Shown: in pieces, positions 19,849 through 28,355 of the stretch
Numbering within the stretch: the first letter of the stretch is position 1
How the letters are laid out: every line of letters starts with the position of its first letter
Assembly: GCA_038212625.1 (NCBI GenBank)
Contig: JBBQUH010000005.1
Span: 31,483-95,482, forward strand
Direction: 5' to 3'
DNA length: 64,000 nucleotides
Origin: Gemmatimonadales bacterium
Lineage (GTDB): Bacteria; Gemmatimonadota; Gemmatimonadetes; Gemmatimonadales; Gemmatimonadaceae
Program-made: the position numbers and the translations under genes
The notes under the pieces: generated by a model
What the model was told of the DNA's origin: nothing
Seen by the model: the letters and a program-made list of their open reading frames with translations, nothing else
The model's database searches: none

Positions 19849-20451
19849 CTACGACTTCATCCCGGGTTCACTATCGATCACGGCGCGTGCGATGTCTACC
19901 ATGCGCACTGAACGATCTTGGCTGCTTCGCTGCATGATGCGGTACGCTTCCTGCTCGCTGCTGCCGGTACGGCGCATGAGCAGCCCTTTCGCACGCTCGA
20001 TGAGCTTCCGCGCCTCGAGCTGCTCCTTGGCCTCCGCCGCCTCGCGACGGGCGGTGAGGAGTTCACGAGCGCGCAGCACCGCCATTCGCAGCGTGGCATC
20101 GAGCGTGGCGGGGGGCGTCGGCTTGGGGAGGAGCGCCACGGCGGTGCTCCGCAGCACGTCGGCCATAGAAAGGGTGAGCGACAGATCGCCGGTCACCAGC
20201 ACCACTGCGGTGCCCGGCAGCGCCAGCGCGATCTCTTCCGCCGCCTGCACACCGCTGGCCCCGGGCATATGCATGTCGAGCAGGACGGCATCGGGCGTGA
20301 ACTGCTGCGCCTTTTCAATGGCCTCGGTCCCGGACTCGACTTCGGCAACCACCATGTGACCCAGCACGCCGAGCAGGTCCACGAGGGTAGACCGCTCGAG
20401 GGCGTTGTCTTCGGCCACCAAAACGCGAATGGTGGAGGGCATGTCAGTCAT
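19849..20451 (-). CDS. ANTAR-domain response regulator (REC-ANTAR)
   Basis: VLVAED, LLDMHMP, LLPKP; C-terminal RKLIERAKGLLM...EQEAYRIMQRSSQDR. Confidence 0.9.
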   Translation of the reverse strand: MTDMPSTIRVLVAEDNALERSTLVDLLGVLGHMVVAEVESGTEAIEKAQQFTPDAVLLDMHMPGASGVQAAEEIALALPGTAVVLVTGDLSLTLSMADVLRSTAVALLPKPTPPATLDATLRMAVLRARELLTARREAAEAKEQLEARKLIERAKGLLMRRTGSSEQEAYRIMQRSSQDRSVRMVDIARAVIDSEPGMKS

Positions 20452-20456
20452 AAGCT

Positions 20457-22379
20457 TCACTCGTTGGAAGAGGCGGACGCAACGCGTCTCGCAATGTGAT
20501 CCTGCAATTCTACTACGCGCAACGGTTTTCCGAGGACGAAGTCCGCACCGCTCGTGTTTTCACTGCCCGCCACCGGCTCCCACCCGGAGATCACCCCCAC
20601 GCGGACCTCGGGCGTCTGTTCCCGACAATATCGCACGAGGTCCCACCCATCGCCGTCCGGTAGTCCGACATCGGTGAGCAGCAGGGTGTATGGTTCGCTC
20701 GGCGGCTGCGCGATCCGCTCCCGGGCCTCGGCGCAAGTGCCCACGGCGTCCACCGTGTGACCCGCACCCTGTAGAATCCGACGCAGCAACTCCCGTCCGC
20801 CCTCGTCGTCCTCGACCACCAGAATATGTTGCGGCGCCGCGTTGTCCGTGGCCGATGCTGGTACCGACGTCGACTCGTCGAGCGGCACGGTATCATGCGG
20901 AAATCGCAAGGTGACTTCCGTGCCGTCCCCGGGCATCGCACGAATGATGGCCGATCCTCGGTGCCGCCGCGCGATGCCATACACCTCAGCCAACCCAAGC
21001 CCAGCGCCCCGCGCCCCTTTCGTGGTAAAAAAGGGCTCGAACGCGCGCTCCCGCACCTCGTCGCTCATGCCGACCCCGGTATCGCGCACTGCCACACAGG
21101 CGTCGCCCTCGTCCACGAACGCACGCATCGTGAGCGTGCCGCCAGCAGGCATCGCGTCCACCGCATTCTGTACCAGATGGCGCAGCGCTTCCCGGATTTC
21201 CCCTGGGAGCCCGCGCGTCCGCACGGGTTCGTCCAGCGCGCGCAGCACGTGCACGATACCGCGCGCACCCGATCGTGTGAGACGCGTGGGCTCGGTGAGA
21301 TCGAGCACTTCAGCCGCCAGGACCGTCAGGTCGAGCGCCTCATCGCCGCCCGCGTGCACCGGCTCTTGTCGGATGAACCGCCCCACCCGCGATGCCAGGG
21401 CGGCACCCGTTTCCACCGCTTGCTGGATACGGGCGGCGTAGTCGCGCACGGCATCGGGCGACTCCGCATGATGCCGCAACAGGTACGCGGCCGACATGAT
21501 CGGGTTGAGCACGTTGTTCACCTCGTGCATGACGCCAGCCGCCAGCTGCCCCACCGCCGCGAAACGCCGACCGCGATCGGCCGCCTCGTACGAAGCCATC
21601 AGCGCCTGCGCGTCGGTAATATCCCGGTCCAGCAGTACCGCCCCACTGAGCATTCCCGCCGCGTCATAGATGGGGGCACTAAATGACTCCACGACCCGTC
21701 GTCTGCCGAGTCGCTGCACGTCGAGCCGTTCCCGCGTGACCGTGGCGCCAGAGAGCGCCTGTAAGCCCGGCGAGTCGAGAAAGGCCTGCGGACGCGCGGA
21801 CGCCGAATGCTGTGGCGCATCGCGCTGCCAGAGTTCGCGGAGCGTGGTTGGCTGGACCGGCGCATGCTCCGCTTGCGCGGCCCGATTCTGCCGCACGATC
21901 TGCCCGGTGACGTCTACGATCCGCAGCGAGGCGGGCGTCAGGTCGAGCAAGGCCTCCAGTTCGTGGGCTCGGGGCTGCGGGATGTCGCGCGGTGCGGACA
22001 CCGGACTCGCGTCGAGCACCGTGATCAGCAGCAACTCAGCGCCCACGGCCGCTGTACGAACCTCCCTTTGCGCTCCGGCGGCCCCACAGGGCACCGTCTG
22101 CGCGTGGGGGAGCGCGTCGGCAGCTGTCGCCTCGAGCAGCGAGACGGCCGTAGCACCCAGGGGCGACAACACCCGGTGCCACGACTGCGACGCGAGCGGC
22201 GCCTGATCATCGACCATCCACAACGCCCGCGCCTGCGTGTTTGCGGCACGAAGCGTCCCGTCGCGGTGGAAAAGCGCCGCCGCGTAAGGGAGAGCCTCGA
22301 TCAGCGCCGCCAATTCGCTGCCACCTGGCAACGGCTCCGACTTTGTAGAATTCGAGTTGCTGCGCGTGATGTCCGACAT
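20457..22379 (-). CDS. Hybrid sensor histidine kinase (PAS-like, HisKA, HATPase, REC)
   Basis: GVMHEVNN H-box, NAVDAM, DTGVGM, FFTTK..GAGLGL, C-terminal REC (ILVVEDD, LLTDVGLP); start uncertain. Confidence 0.9.
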   Translation of the reverse strand: MSDITRSNSNSTKSEPLPGGSELAALIEALPYAAALFHRDGTLRAANTQARALWMVDDQAPLASQSWHRVLSPLGATAVSLLEATAADALPHAQTVPCGAAGAQREVRTAAVGAELLLITVLDASPVSAPRDIPQPRAHELEALLDLTPASLRIVDVTGQIVRQNRAAQAEHAPVQPTTLRELWQRDAPQHSASARPQAFLDSPGLQALSGATVTRERLDVQRLGRRRVVESFSAPIYDAAGMLSGAVLLDRDITDAQALMASYEAADRGRRFAAVGQLAAGVMHEVNNVLNPIMSAAYLLRHHAESPDAVRDYAARIQQAVETGAALASRVGRFIRQEPVHAGGDEALDLTVLAAEVLDLTEPTRLTRSGARGIVHVLRALDEPVRTRGLPGEIREALRHLVQNAVDAMPAGGTLTMRAFVDEGDACVAVRDTGVGMSDEVRERAFEPFFTTKGARGAGLGLAEVYGIARRHRGSAIIRAMPGDGTEVTLRFPHDTVPLDESTSVPASATDNAAPQHILVVEDDEGGRELLRRILQGAGHTVDAVGTCAEARERIAQPPSEPYTLLLTDVGLPDGDGWDLVRYCREQTPEVRVGVISGWEPVAGSENTSGADFVLGKPLRVVELQDHIARRVASASSNE

Positions 22380-22470
22380 CCGTTCGGTCGTAGAGCACTG
22401 GGCACACCACCAAGTCACCGCATCGTCACTGGTTCGGTTGCTTCCGTCCACTCTCTGTTACGTTTTGTCC

Positions 22471-22476
22471 TATAAT
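22471..22476 (+). promoter_or_regulatory. Perfect -10 hexamer upstream of nhaP
   Basis: TATAAT about 58 bp before the nhaP ATG; no canonical -35 found. Confidence 0.45.
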
Positions 22477-22533
22477 GTTAACCTGATTCGGTCGTTTCGA
22501 CCAAACGAACATCCCGGTTTTTCCGAGCACGCG

Positions 22534-23838
22534 ATGACCCCCTTCGAACTCTTGGCGGCGCTCACCACGGTGACCGCCGCCTTCGCCTACGTGAACTACC
22601 GCTGGCTCCGCTTGCCCACCACGATCGGTCTGATGACGATCGCGCTGGTGGGCTCGCTCCTGCTCCTCGGCCTCGGACGCTCGGGCGTGCTGGATCTGGC
22701 GCCGCTGGTCACGTTTGTGAATGCGGTCGACTTCGACGCCACACTGCTCAATGGCATTCTCGGGGCCCTGCTCTTTGCGGGCGCGCTCCACGTCGACCTC
22801 GCCCAGCTCCGGGCCCAGCAGCTGCTGATCGGCCTTCTGAGCACGCTCGGCGTCGCGACCTCCACGCTATTGGTAGGTGGCGGCGTGTTCCTGATCACGG
22901 ACGCCATCAACGCGCCGCTGCCGCTGATCTGGTGCCTGGTGTTCGGCGCGCTGATTTCGCCGACCGACCCGATCGCGGTGGGCGCGATCCTGCGCACGCT
23001 GGGCGTGCCCAAGGATCTCGAAGCCACGATCACCGGCGAGTCGCTGTTCAACGACGGCGTGGGGGTGGTGATCTTCATCGTGCTGCTGGGTATCGCCGTC
23101 GGCGGAGGCACGTTCTCGATGGGGCACGTGGCGGAGCTGTTCGCGGTGGAAGCGATTGGTGGCTGTTTGTTTGGGGCTGCCGCTGGCTGGATCACCAATC
23201 GTTTGCTCGCACGCGTAGATGACTACCACGTGGAAATCCTGCTGACGCTGGCGTTGACCACCGGCGGCTACGTCCTCGCCAACACACTGCACCTCTCGGG
23301 GGCACTGGCGATGGTGGTGGCGGGTTTGATGGTTGGCAGTACGGGGCGCACGCAGGCAATGTCACTCCGTACGCAGGCTCGGCTCGATGACTTTTGGGAA
23401 CTCATCGACGAGTTCCTCAATGCCATCCTCTTTGTGGTGATCGGGATCGAAGTCGTCATCGTGGAGTTTACGAGCATGTCAGGGCTGCTCGGCGCCATTG
23501 CGATTCCGCTGGTCCTGCTTGCCCGCTGGATCAGCGTGAGCATTCCGCTCACGGTGCTCGCCCGGTGGCGCCCGATACCAGTTGGCGCCCGCCCGATCCT
23601 CACGTGGAGCGGCCTGCGCGGGGGGATCAGCGTGGCCCTCGCTCTGTCTCTGCCACTCTCGCCCTATCGCAATACCCTGGTCACGATGACCTACGTGGTG
23701 GTGTGCTTTTCAATTCTGGTGCAGGGACTCACGGTACAGCGCGTGGTTGGCAGGATCCTCGGTACCGGCAGCGGATCGAGCCGAGCCCCGGCTCATCCAG
23801 CGCCGGTGGGGAAAGCGAAAGGGACGCTGACCGCCTAG
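22534..23838 (+). CDS. nhaP: Na+/H+ antiporter, CPA1 (NhaP) family
   Basis: FGALISPTDPIAV, ITGESLFNDG, GLRGGISVALAL; multiple TM helices. Confidence 0.9.
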   Translation: MTPFELLAALTTVTAAFAYVNYRWLRLPTTIGLMTIALVGSLLLLGLGRSGVLDLAPLVTFVNAVDFDATLLNGILGALLFAGALHVDLAQLRAQQLLIGLLSTLGVATSTLLVGGGVFLITDAINAPLPLIWCLVFGALISPTDPIAVGAILRTLGVPKDLEATITGESLFNDGVGVVIFIVLLGIAVGGGTFSMGHVAELFAVEAIGGCLFGAAAGWITNRLLARVDDYHVEILLTLALTTGGYVLANTLHLSGALAMVVAGLMVGSTGRTQAMSLRTQARLDDFWELIDEFLNAILFVVIGIEVVIVEFTSMSGLLGAIAIPLVLLARWISVSIPLTVLARWRPIPVGARPILTWSGLRGGISVALALSLPLSPYRNTLVTMTYVVVCFSILVQGLTVQRVVGRILGTGSGSSRAPAHPAPVGKAKGTLTA

Positions 23839-23847
23839 TTTGGGGTG

Positions 23848-23958
23848 ATGCCGACTCCTTTTCGTACCACGCTGTGGCGCGTCCTGCTGGTTCAGGCGGT
23901 GACGCTGGCGCTGCTCTGGCTCCTGCAGTCTCGCTATACCGCCGACTTCCTCCGCTGA
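23848..23958 (+). CDS. 36-aa single-pass membrane protein preceding the sodium:solute symporter
   Basis: Below ORF-track cutoff. MPTPFRTTLWRVLLVQAVTLALLWLLQSRYTADFLR*; fills the gap between nhaP and the symporter, ending 6 bp before its ATG. Confidence 0.65.
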   Translation: MPTPFRTTLWRVLLVQAVTLALLWLLQSRYTADFLR

Positions 23959-23964
23959 GCCGCG

Positions 23965-25653
23965 ATGCATTGGATCAACTGGGCCATCGTTGCCACCTAT
24001 CTCACGGTGGTGGTCGTGGATGGACTGCGGCGTACGCGCGGCACGACGAATATCGAAGGGTACTTTCTCGCCAATCGCGGTCTTCCGTGGTGGGCGGTAG
24101 GGCTGAGCGTGATGGCCACGCAGCTTTCAGCCGTCACGCTGATCGGCACCACGGGGCAAGGGGCCACCGACGGCCTGCGCTTCGTGCAGTTCTACTTCGG
24201 CCTGCCGATTGCGATGGTGATCCTCGGGGTCACCATTGTACCCTTCCTGCACGGCGCGAAGGTTTTTACGGCGTACGAATTTCTCGAGAAGCGGTTTGAC
24301 GCGAAGACCCGTTCGCTCACCAGTTTTCTTTTTCTTCTGTCGCGCGGGATGTCCTGCGGCACCATCATCGCCGCCCCCAGTGTGGTGCTCTCGGCGATCT
24401 TCGGCTGGGACCTCACCGTCTGCGTGGCGCTGATCGGGATTCCCACCGTGATCTATACGGTGCTCGGTGGCGTGCAGGCCGTCACGTGGGCCGACGTGAA
24501 ACAAATGTTCATCATCGTCTTCGCTCTCAGTGCGATCGTGGTGGTGCTCATTCTCCGCATGCCGGTGCCGCTCGATGATGCGTTCCGCATTGCCGGCGCT
24601 ACGGGCCGTATGCAAGTGTTCGACTTCTCATTCGATTTGTCGAAGACGTACACGTTCTGGTCAGGCATTCTCGGCGGGACGTTCTTGATGCTGTCGTACT
24701 TCGGCACGGACCAGAGTCAGGTGCAACGCTACCTCTCGGCGAAGTCGATCGATGAGGCGCGGAGCTCGCTGCTGATGAGCGCGTTCTGGAAGATCCCGCT
24801 GCAGGCGCTGATCCTGATCATCGGTGTGCTGGTGTTCCTGTTCTTCCTGTTTACGCCGGCCCCGATGCTTTACAACCCGGAGCACGACGCGAAGGTGCAG
24901 CGCGCCGAGCCCGTAGCGTACGCCGAGCTGCAATCCCGTTATGGCGCCTCGATCGCTACACGCGAGGCGGCGGCACGCGACGCTTCGGCCGCGCAGCGCG
25001 CCGGCGACCGCGCGACCGCGCAGACCGCCCTGCTGTCCTTCCGCGGCGCCGACTCTACGGTGAACGCGGTGCGCACCGAAGCACTCGCTGCGGCGGCGCG
25101 GGTCACCGGTGAATCCTCGCGCGACGTGAACTACATCATTCCGCGGTTTGTGCTCGATCACCTGCCACTCGGCTTTGCCGGCGTCTTCCTGGCCGCCGTG
25201 CTCGCGGCGGCGATGTCGAGTATCGCCGCCGAACTGAATTCGCTGTCCACCGCTACGGTGATCGACTTCTACCAGCGCTGGTTCAAGCCTGACGCCAGCG
25301 ACGCGCACTATCTCACGGTGTCGAAAACGGCAACGGCGATCTGGGGGGTATTCGCCTGCGTGGTGGCGACCTACGCCGCTACGCTGGGCTCGCTCATCGA
25401 AGTGGTGAACCGGTTCGGATCGTTTTTCTATGGTTCGATCCTTGGGGTTTTCATGCTCGCCATGATTCCACGCACACGCGCACCCGGCGCGTTTGTGGGC
25501 CTGCTGGCTGGAATGGCCACGGTGGCGGCGGTCTCGATTCTTGCGCCGAGTGTGAGCTTCCTTTGGCACAACGTGATCGGCGCCATGGCCGTGGTCGTCG
25601 TGGGTTCCCTGCTCAGCCTTGGCGGTCCGACGACGGCGCCCGTGCGCCGGTAG
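23965..25653 (+). CDS. Sodium:solute symporter (SSS/SLC5) family transporter
   Basis: YFLANR.LPWWAVGLSVMATQLSA, YEFLEKRF, GTDQSQVQRYL, AAAMSS. Confidence 0.93.
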   Translation: MHWINWAIVATYLTVVVVDGLRRTRGTTNIEGYFLANRGLPWWAVGLSVMATQLSAVTLIGTTGQGATDGLRFVQFYFGLPIAMVILGVTIVPFLHGAKVFTAYEFLEKRFDAKTRSLTSFLFLLSRGMSCGTIIAAPSVVLSAIFGWDLTVCVALIGIPTVIYTVLGGVQAVTWADVKQMFIIVFALSAIVVVLILRMPVPLDDAFRIAGATGRMQVFDFSFDLSKTYTFWSGILGGTFLMLSYFGTDQSQVQRYLSAKSIDEARSSLLMSAFWKIPLQALILIIGVLVFLFFLFTPAPMLYNPEHDAKVQRAEPVAYAELQSRYGASIATREAAARDASAAQRAGDRATAQTALLSFRGADSTVNAVRTEALAAAARVTGESSRDVNYIIPRFVLDHLPLGFAGVFLAAVLAAAMSSIAAELNSLSTATVIDFYQRWFKPDASDAHYLTVSKTATAIWGVFACVVATYAATLGSLIEVVNRFGSFFYGSILGVFMLAMIPRTRAPGAFVGLLAGMATVAAVSILAPSVSFLWHNVIGAMAVVVVGSLLSLGGPTTAPVRR

Positions 25654-25655
25654 CA

Positions 25656-28355
25656 CTACCTTTTCGGCGGTACCACCGGCGCCGGCGCGTTGATCAGATT
25701 GGCGAGAATGCGTGCCGCCCCCGGTACGCCGTTCGGTAATTGACGGAAGAGCGCTAACGTGACGTACACGTAGCGTCCCTTGCCCACCGGTGCCACCAGC
25801 AGCGCGCCTTGCTGTTCCGGCTCATCCGGATCGTTCATCGCCAGCAGCGACGTATACCGTTTGTCAATCACACTCGGCATGTACGTGGCACGCTCCTGCA
25901 CCCAATCTGCCCAGTCGGGAGCACCGATTCGGTTGGGAGTGGTGAGCAGTGGATGCGTGGGCTGCAGCACCTTCACCGGCGCATTCTCCATGGTCACGCG
26001 CGCCGCACGCGGCGCCCACTGCAGCGGATACGGCGTCACCTTGAAGTTGTTCATGTTCTGCGCACCATACTGCACCACCAGCGTCCCGCCGTTATTGGCG
26101 TACTGCAATAGGCGCGGGTTCTGTCGAACCAGCTCATCACTCGACTCGTACGCACGCGGCCCAAGCACAATGGCCGTGAAGCGCGAGAGATTCGTGGTGC
26201 CGAGCATCGCCGGTTCGATCGGCTCCACCGCGATATTGAGCTGCTTGAGAGCCTCGAGGCCGAGGTCTCCCGACCCCTTCACGTAGCCCACGAGCGCGTG
26301 CGTTGGAATCTTCACGTTTACCGCCGACAGATACATGCCCGACACGCCGTACAGCCGCTGCGTGGTGATGTGGTCGTACGCGAATGTGTAGTAGCCCGAG
26401 GTGCTTATCGAACCCTCGTGCAGCGCCATCGCGCCCAGTTGATGTCGCCCGGGGGCCAGCGTGCCGCGAAGTCGGAACACCACCGTAGCGCGCCCTCCAG
26501 GCCCCAACGTCCGCGTGCGTTCGACGGAGTCAGCCACCAGCCCCTTGGGAAGAAGCAGCTGCACGATCACCCGCGCCTCCTCAGGATACGCCGACTGAAT
26601 CGCCACACGAAGCTCGCGATCTACCGGCACGCCAGCCCGGATGTACTCTACGACATTCTCGAGGCCAATCGTTATTCCGGGGACCACTGCCACGGGAACC
26701 TGCTGATCACCTTTGATCGGGTCGGCGAAACGATTCACGACCGGTACGGTCACCGTAACCGGCACACCCGCAATGGTCAGATCGGCATAGGCCAACACGG
26801 CGGTGCGATTCTCTCGCTCTTGTTCATCCCGCGAGTCAACCGCCGCGCGGAACCAGTCGTTTCCATCACGACCGTTCACGCGCCACCAGGTCCACGTAGG
26901 CTCGTCCGCCACGGCGAATCGTGTTGCCACCACGGCACTATCCGGCGCCACCGACGCCCCGACAACCGCCGCCGCCAAGACCGCCGTGTCCGCCGTGCGA
27001 CGCGCGTATGCCGCGGCCACGGTCACGTCACTGATACCGCGATTGTACACCGTCATGGTCACGGGCAGTGAATCATCGACCGCGTTCTTTACCGGGTCGC
27101 GAAGCGGGAACGTCGCACGCGGCGCGGTGGCTTCCACGGCAACCCCCGCCGCTAACACCAACGCTCGCTCGGCGCGCGAGATCGACAACGTCAGCGCATC
27201 GTACAAAGGCGCCGAGGCGACGCGTGTGCCGGGCGGTATCCGACGCATGCGCGGGGGTATGCCGTCTCTTAAAACCAGGAGGGCGGGCGGCTCTTGCCCC
27301 AACGAGTCACGCACACGACGCAGTTGGCTTACCACGCGCGCCAGCGGTGCCACGATCGGCGACGGATCCTGCGCACGATAGGATGCACGCGCCTGCGCCA
27401 CGGCCGCCAAGGCTGAATCGAGCACGGGCTGCATCGCGACCGGCGTCGCCGCGCGCAGCGGTACCCATGTGGTGTCTACGCCGTCGAACAGATCGCGTTC
27501 CATGCGCACATCGGATGGCCCGACACGCGATGCTTCGCGCGACAGATAGCCCCAGATTGCCCCTTTGCGCTGCAGCACGCCAAAACCCTGCGACTTGTGT
27601 TGCGACCGACTCTCCGCCGCGATCTCGTAGTAGCTCCGCCCCAGCAGCGCGTCGTACTCCCCTGTGTTCATGCGTAACGTGGCGCTGTCCGGCAGCTGTC
27701 GCGCGCTGCGGTAGAACTTCTGCGGCGTCCATGGCAGACCGAATCCCGCCACCGGGAATCGCACCGTATCACCGGCCAACTCGTAGGCCTCACGTGCCAG
27801 CATCCCCGACACCTGATGATGTCCGTGGCCGTCACGCGGTGTTCCGCTGAAGAAGCCCACCATGACATGAGGACGGAAGGCGCGAACCACGCGGATCACA
27901 TCGCCAAGAATCGAATCCTTGGGCCAGTGCAGATACGTCTCCTCGGCGTTCTTGCTGAATCCGAAGTCGTACGCACGTGTGAAGTACTGCCGCCCGCCAT
28001 CGATGCGGCGGGCCGAGAGGAGTTCCTGCGTGCGAATCGCACCGAGTGCTTCGCCTAATTCGTTGCCGATGAGATTCTGCCCACCGTCGCCGCGTGTCAG
28101 CGAGAGATAGGCGGTCTCCACATGGCGCCCGCGGGCGAGCCACGCGATGATCGGTGTGTCTTCGTCGTCGGGGTGCGCAGCAATCGTGAGGACACGCCCA
28201 GTGGTCCCGATGCCCGCCAAGGCAGATCCGAGCGCTGCCGCCCCACGCTCCGGTGTCACGCCCTGCGCCCGTAACACCGTGCCTCCAGCGAGAAGCGCCG
28301 CGGCGAAAGCCGCGGCGCTCGTCATCCAGAGGGATCGGCGCGGACGCACCGTCAC
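25656..28355 (-). CDS. PIG-L/LmbE family deacetylase, exported, with NEW3-like and C-terminal domains
   Basis: IAAHPDDED, SLTRGDGGQN, RTQEL, HGHH, SQHKSQGFG; GTG 28355 overlaps sucA stop (GTGA). Confidence 0.88.
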   Translation of the reverse strand: MTVRPRRSLWMTSAAAFAAALLAGGTVLRAQGVTPERGAAALGSALAGIGTTGRVLTIAAHPDDEDTPIIAWLARGRHVETAYLSLTRGDGGQNLIGNELGEALGAIRTQELLSARRIDGGRQYFTRAYDFGFSKNAEETYLHWPKDSILGDVIRVVRAFRPHVMVGFFSGTPRDGHGHHQVSGMLAREAYELAGDTVRFPVAGFGLPWTPQKFYRSARQLPDSATLRMNTGEYDALLGRSYYEIAAESRSQHKSQGFGVLQRKGAIWGYLSREASRVGPSDVRMERDLFDGVDTTWVPLRAATPVAMQPVLDSALAAVAQARASYRAQDPSPIVAPLARVVSQLRRVRDSLGQEPPALLVLRDGIPPRMRRIPPGTRVASAPLYDALTLSISRAERALVLAAGVAVEATAPRATFPLRDPVKNAVDDSLPVTMTVYNRGISDVTVAAAYARRTADTAVLAAAVVGASVAPDSAVVATRFAVADEPTWTWWRVNGRDGNDWFRAAVDSRDEQERENRTAVLAYADLTIAGVPVTVTVPVVNRFADPIKGDQQVPVAVVPGITIGLENVVEYIRAGVPVDRELRVAIQSAYPEEARVIVQLLLPKGLVADSVERTRTLGPGGRATVVFRLRGTLAPGRHQLGAMALHEGSISTSGYYTFAYDHITTQRLYGVSGMYLSAVNVKIPTHALVGYVKGSGDLGLEALKQLNIAVEPIEPAMLGTTNLSRFTAIVLGPRAYESSDELVRQNPRLLQYANNGGTLVVQYGAQNMNNFKVTPYPLQWAPRAARVTMENAPVKVLQPTHPLLTTPNRIGAPDWADWVQERATYMPSVIDKRYTSLLAMNDPDEPEQQGALLVAPVGKGRYVYVTLALFRQLPNGVPGAARILANLINAPAPVVPPKR

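Noticed and set aside
22485-22530. nhaP leader as an ANTAR dual hairpin or known cation riboswitch
   Set aside because: Loops lack the hexanucleotide A..G pattern and no second hairpin or known riboswitch consensus was recognised
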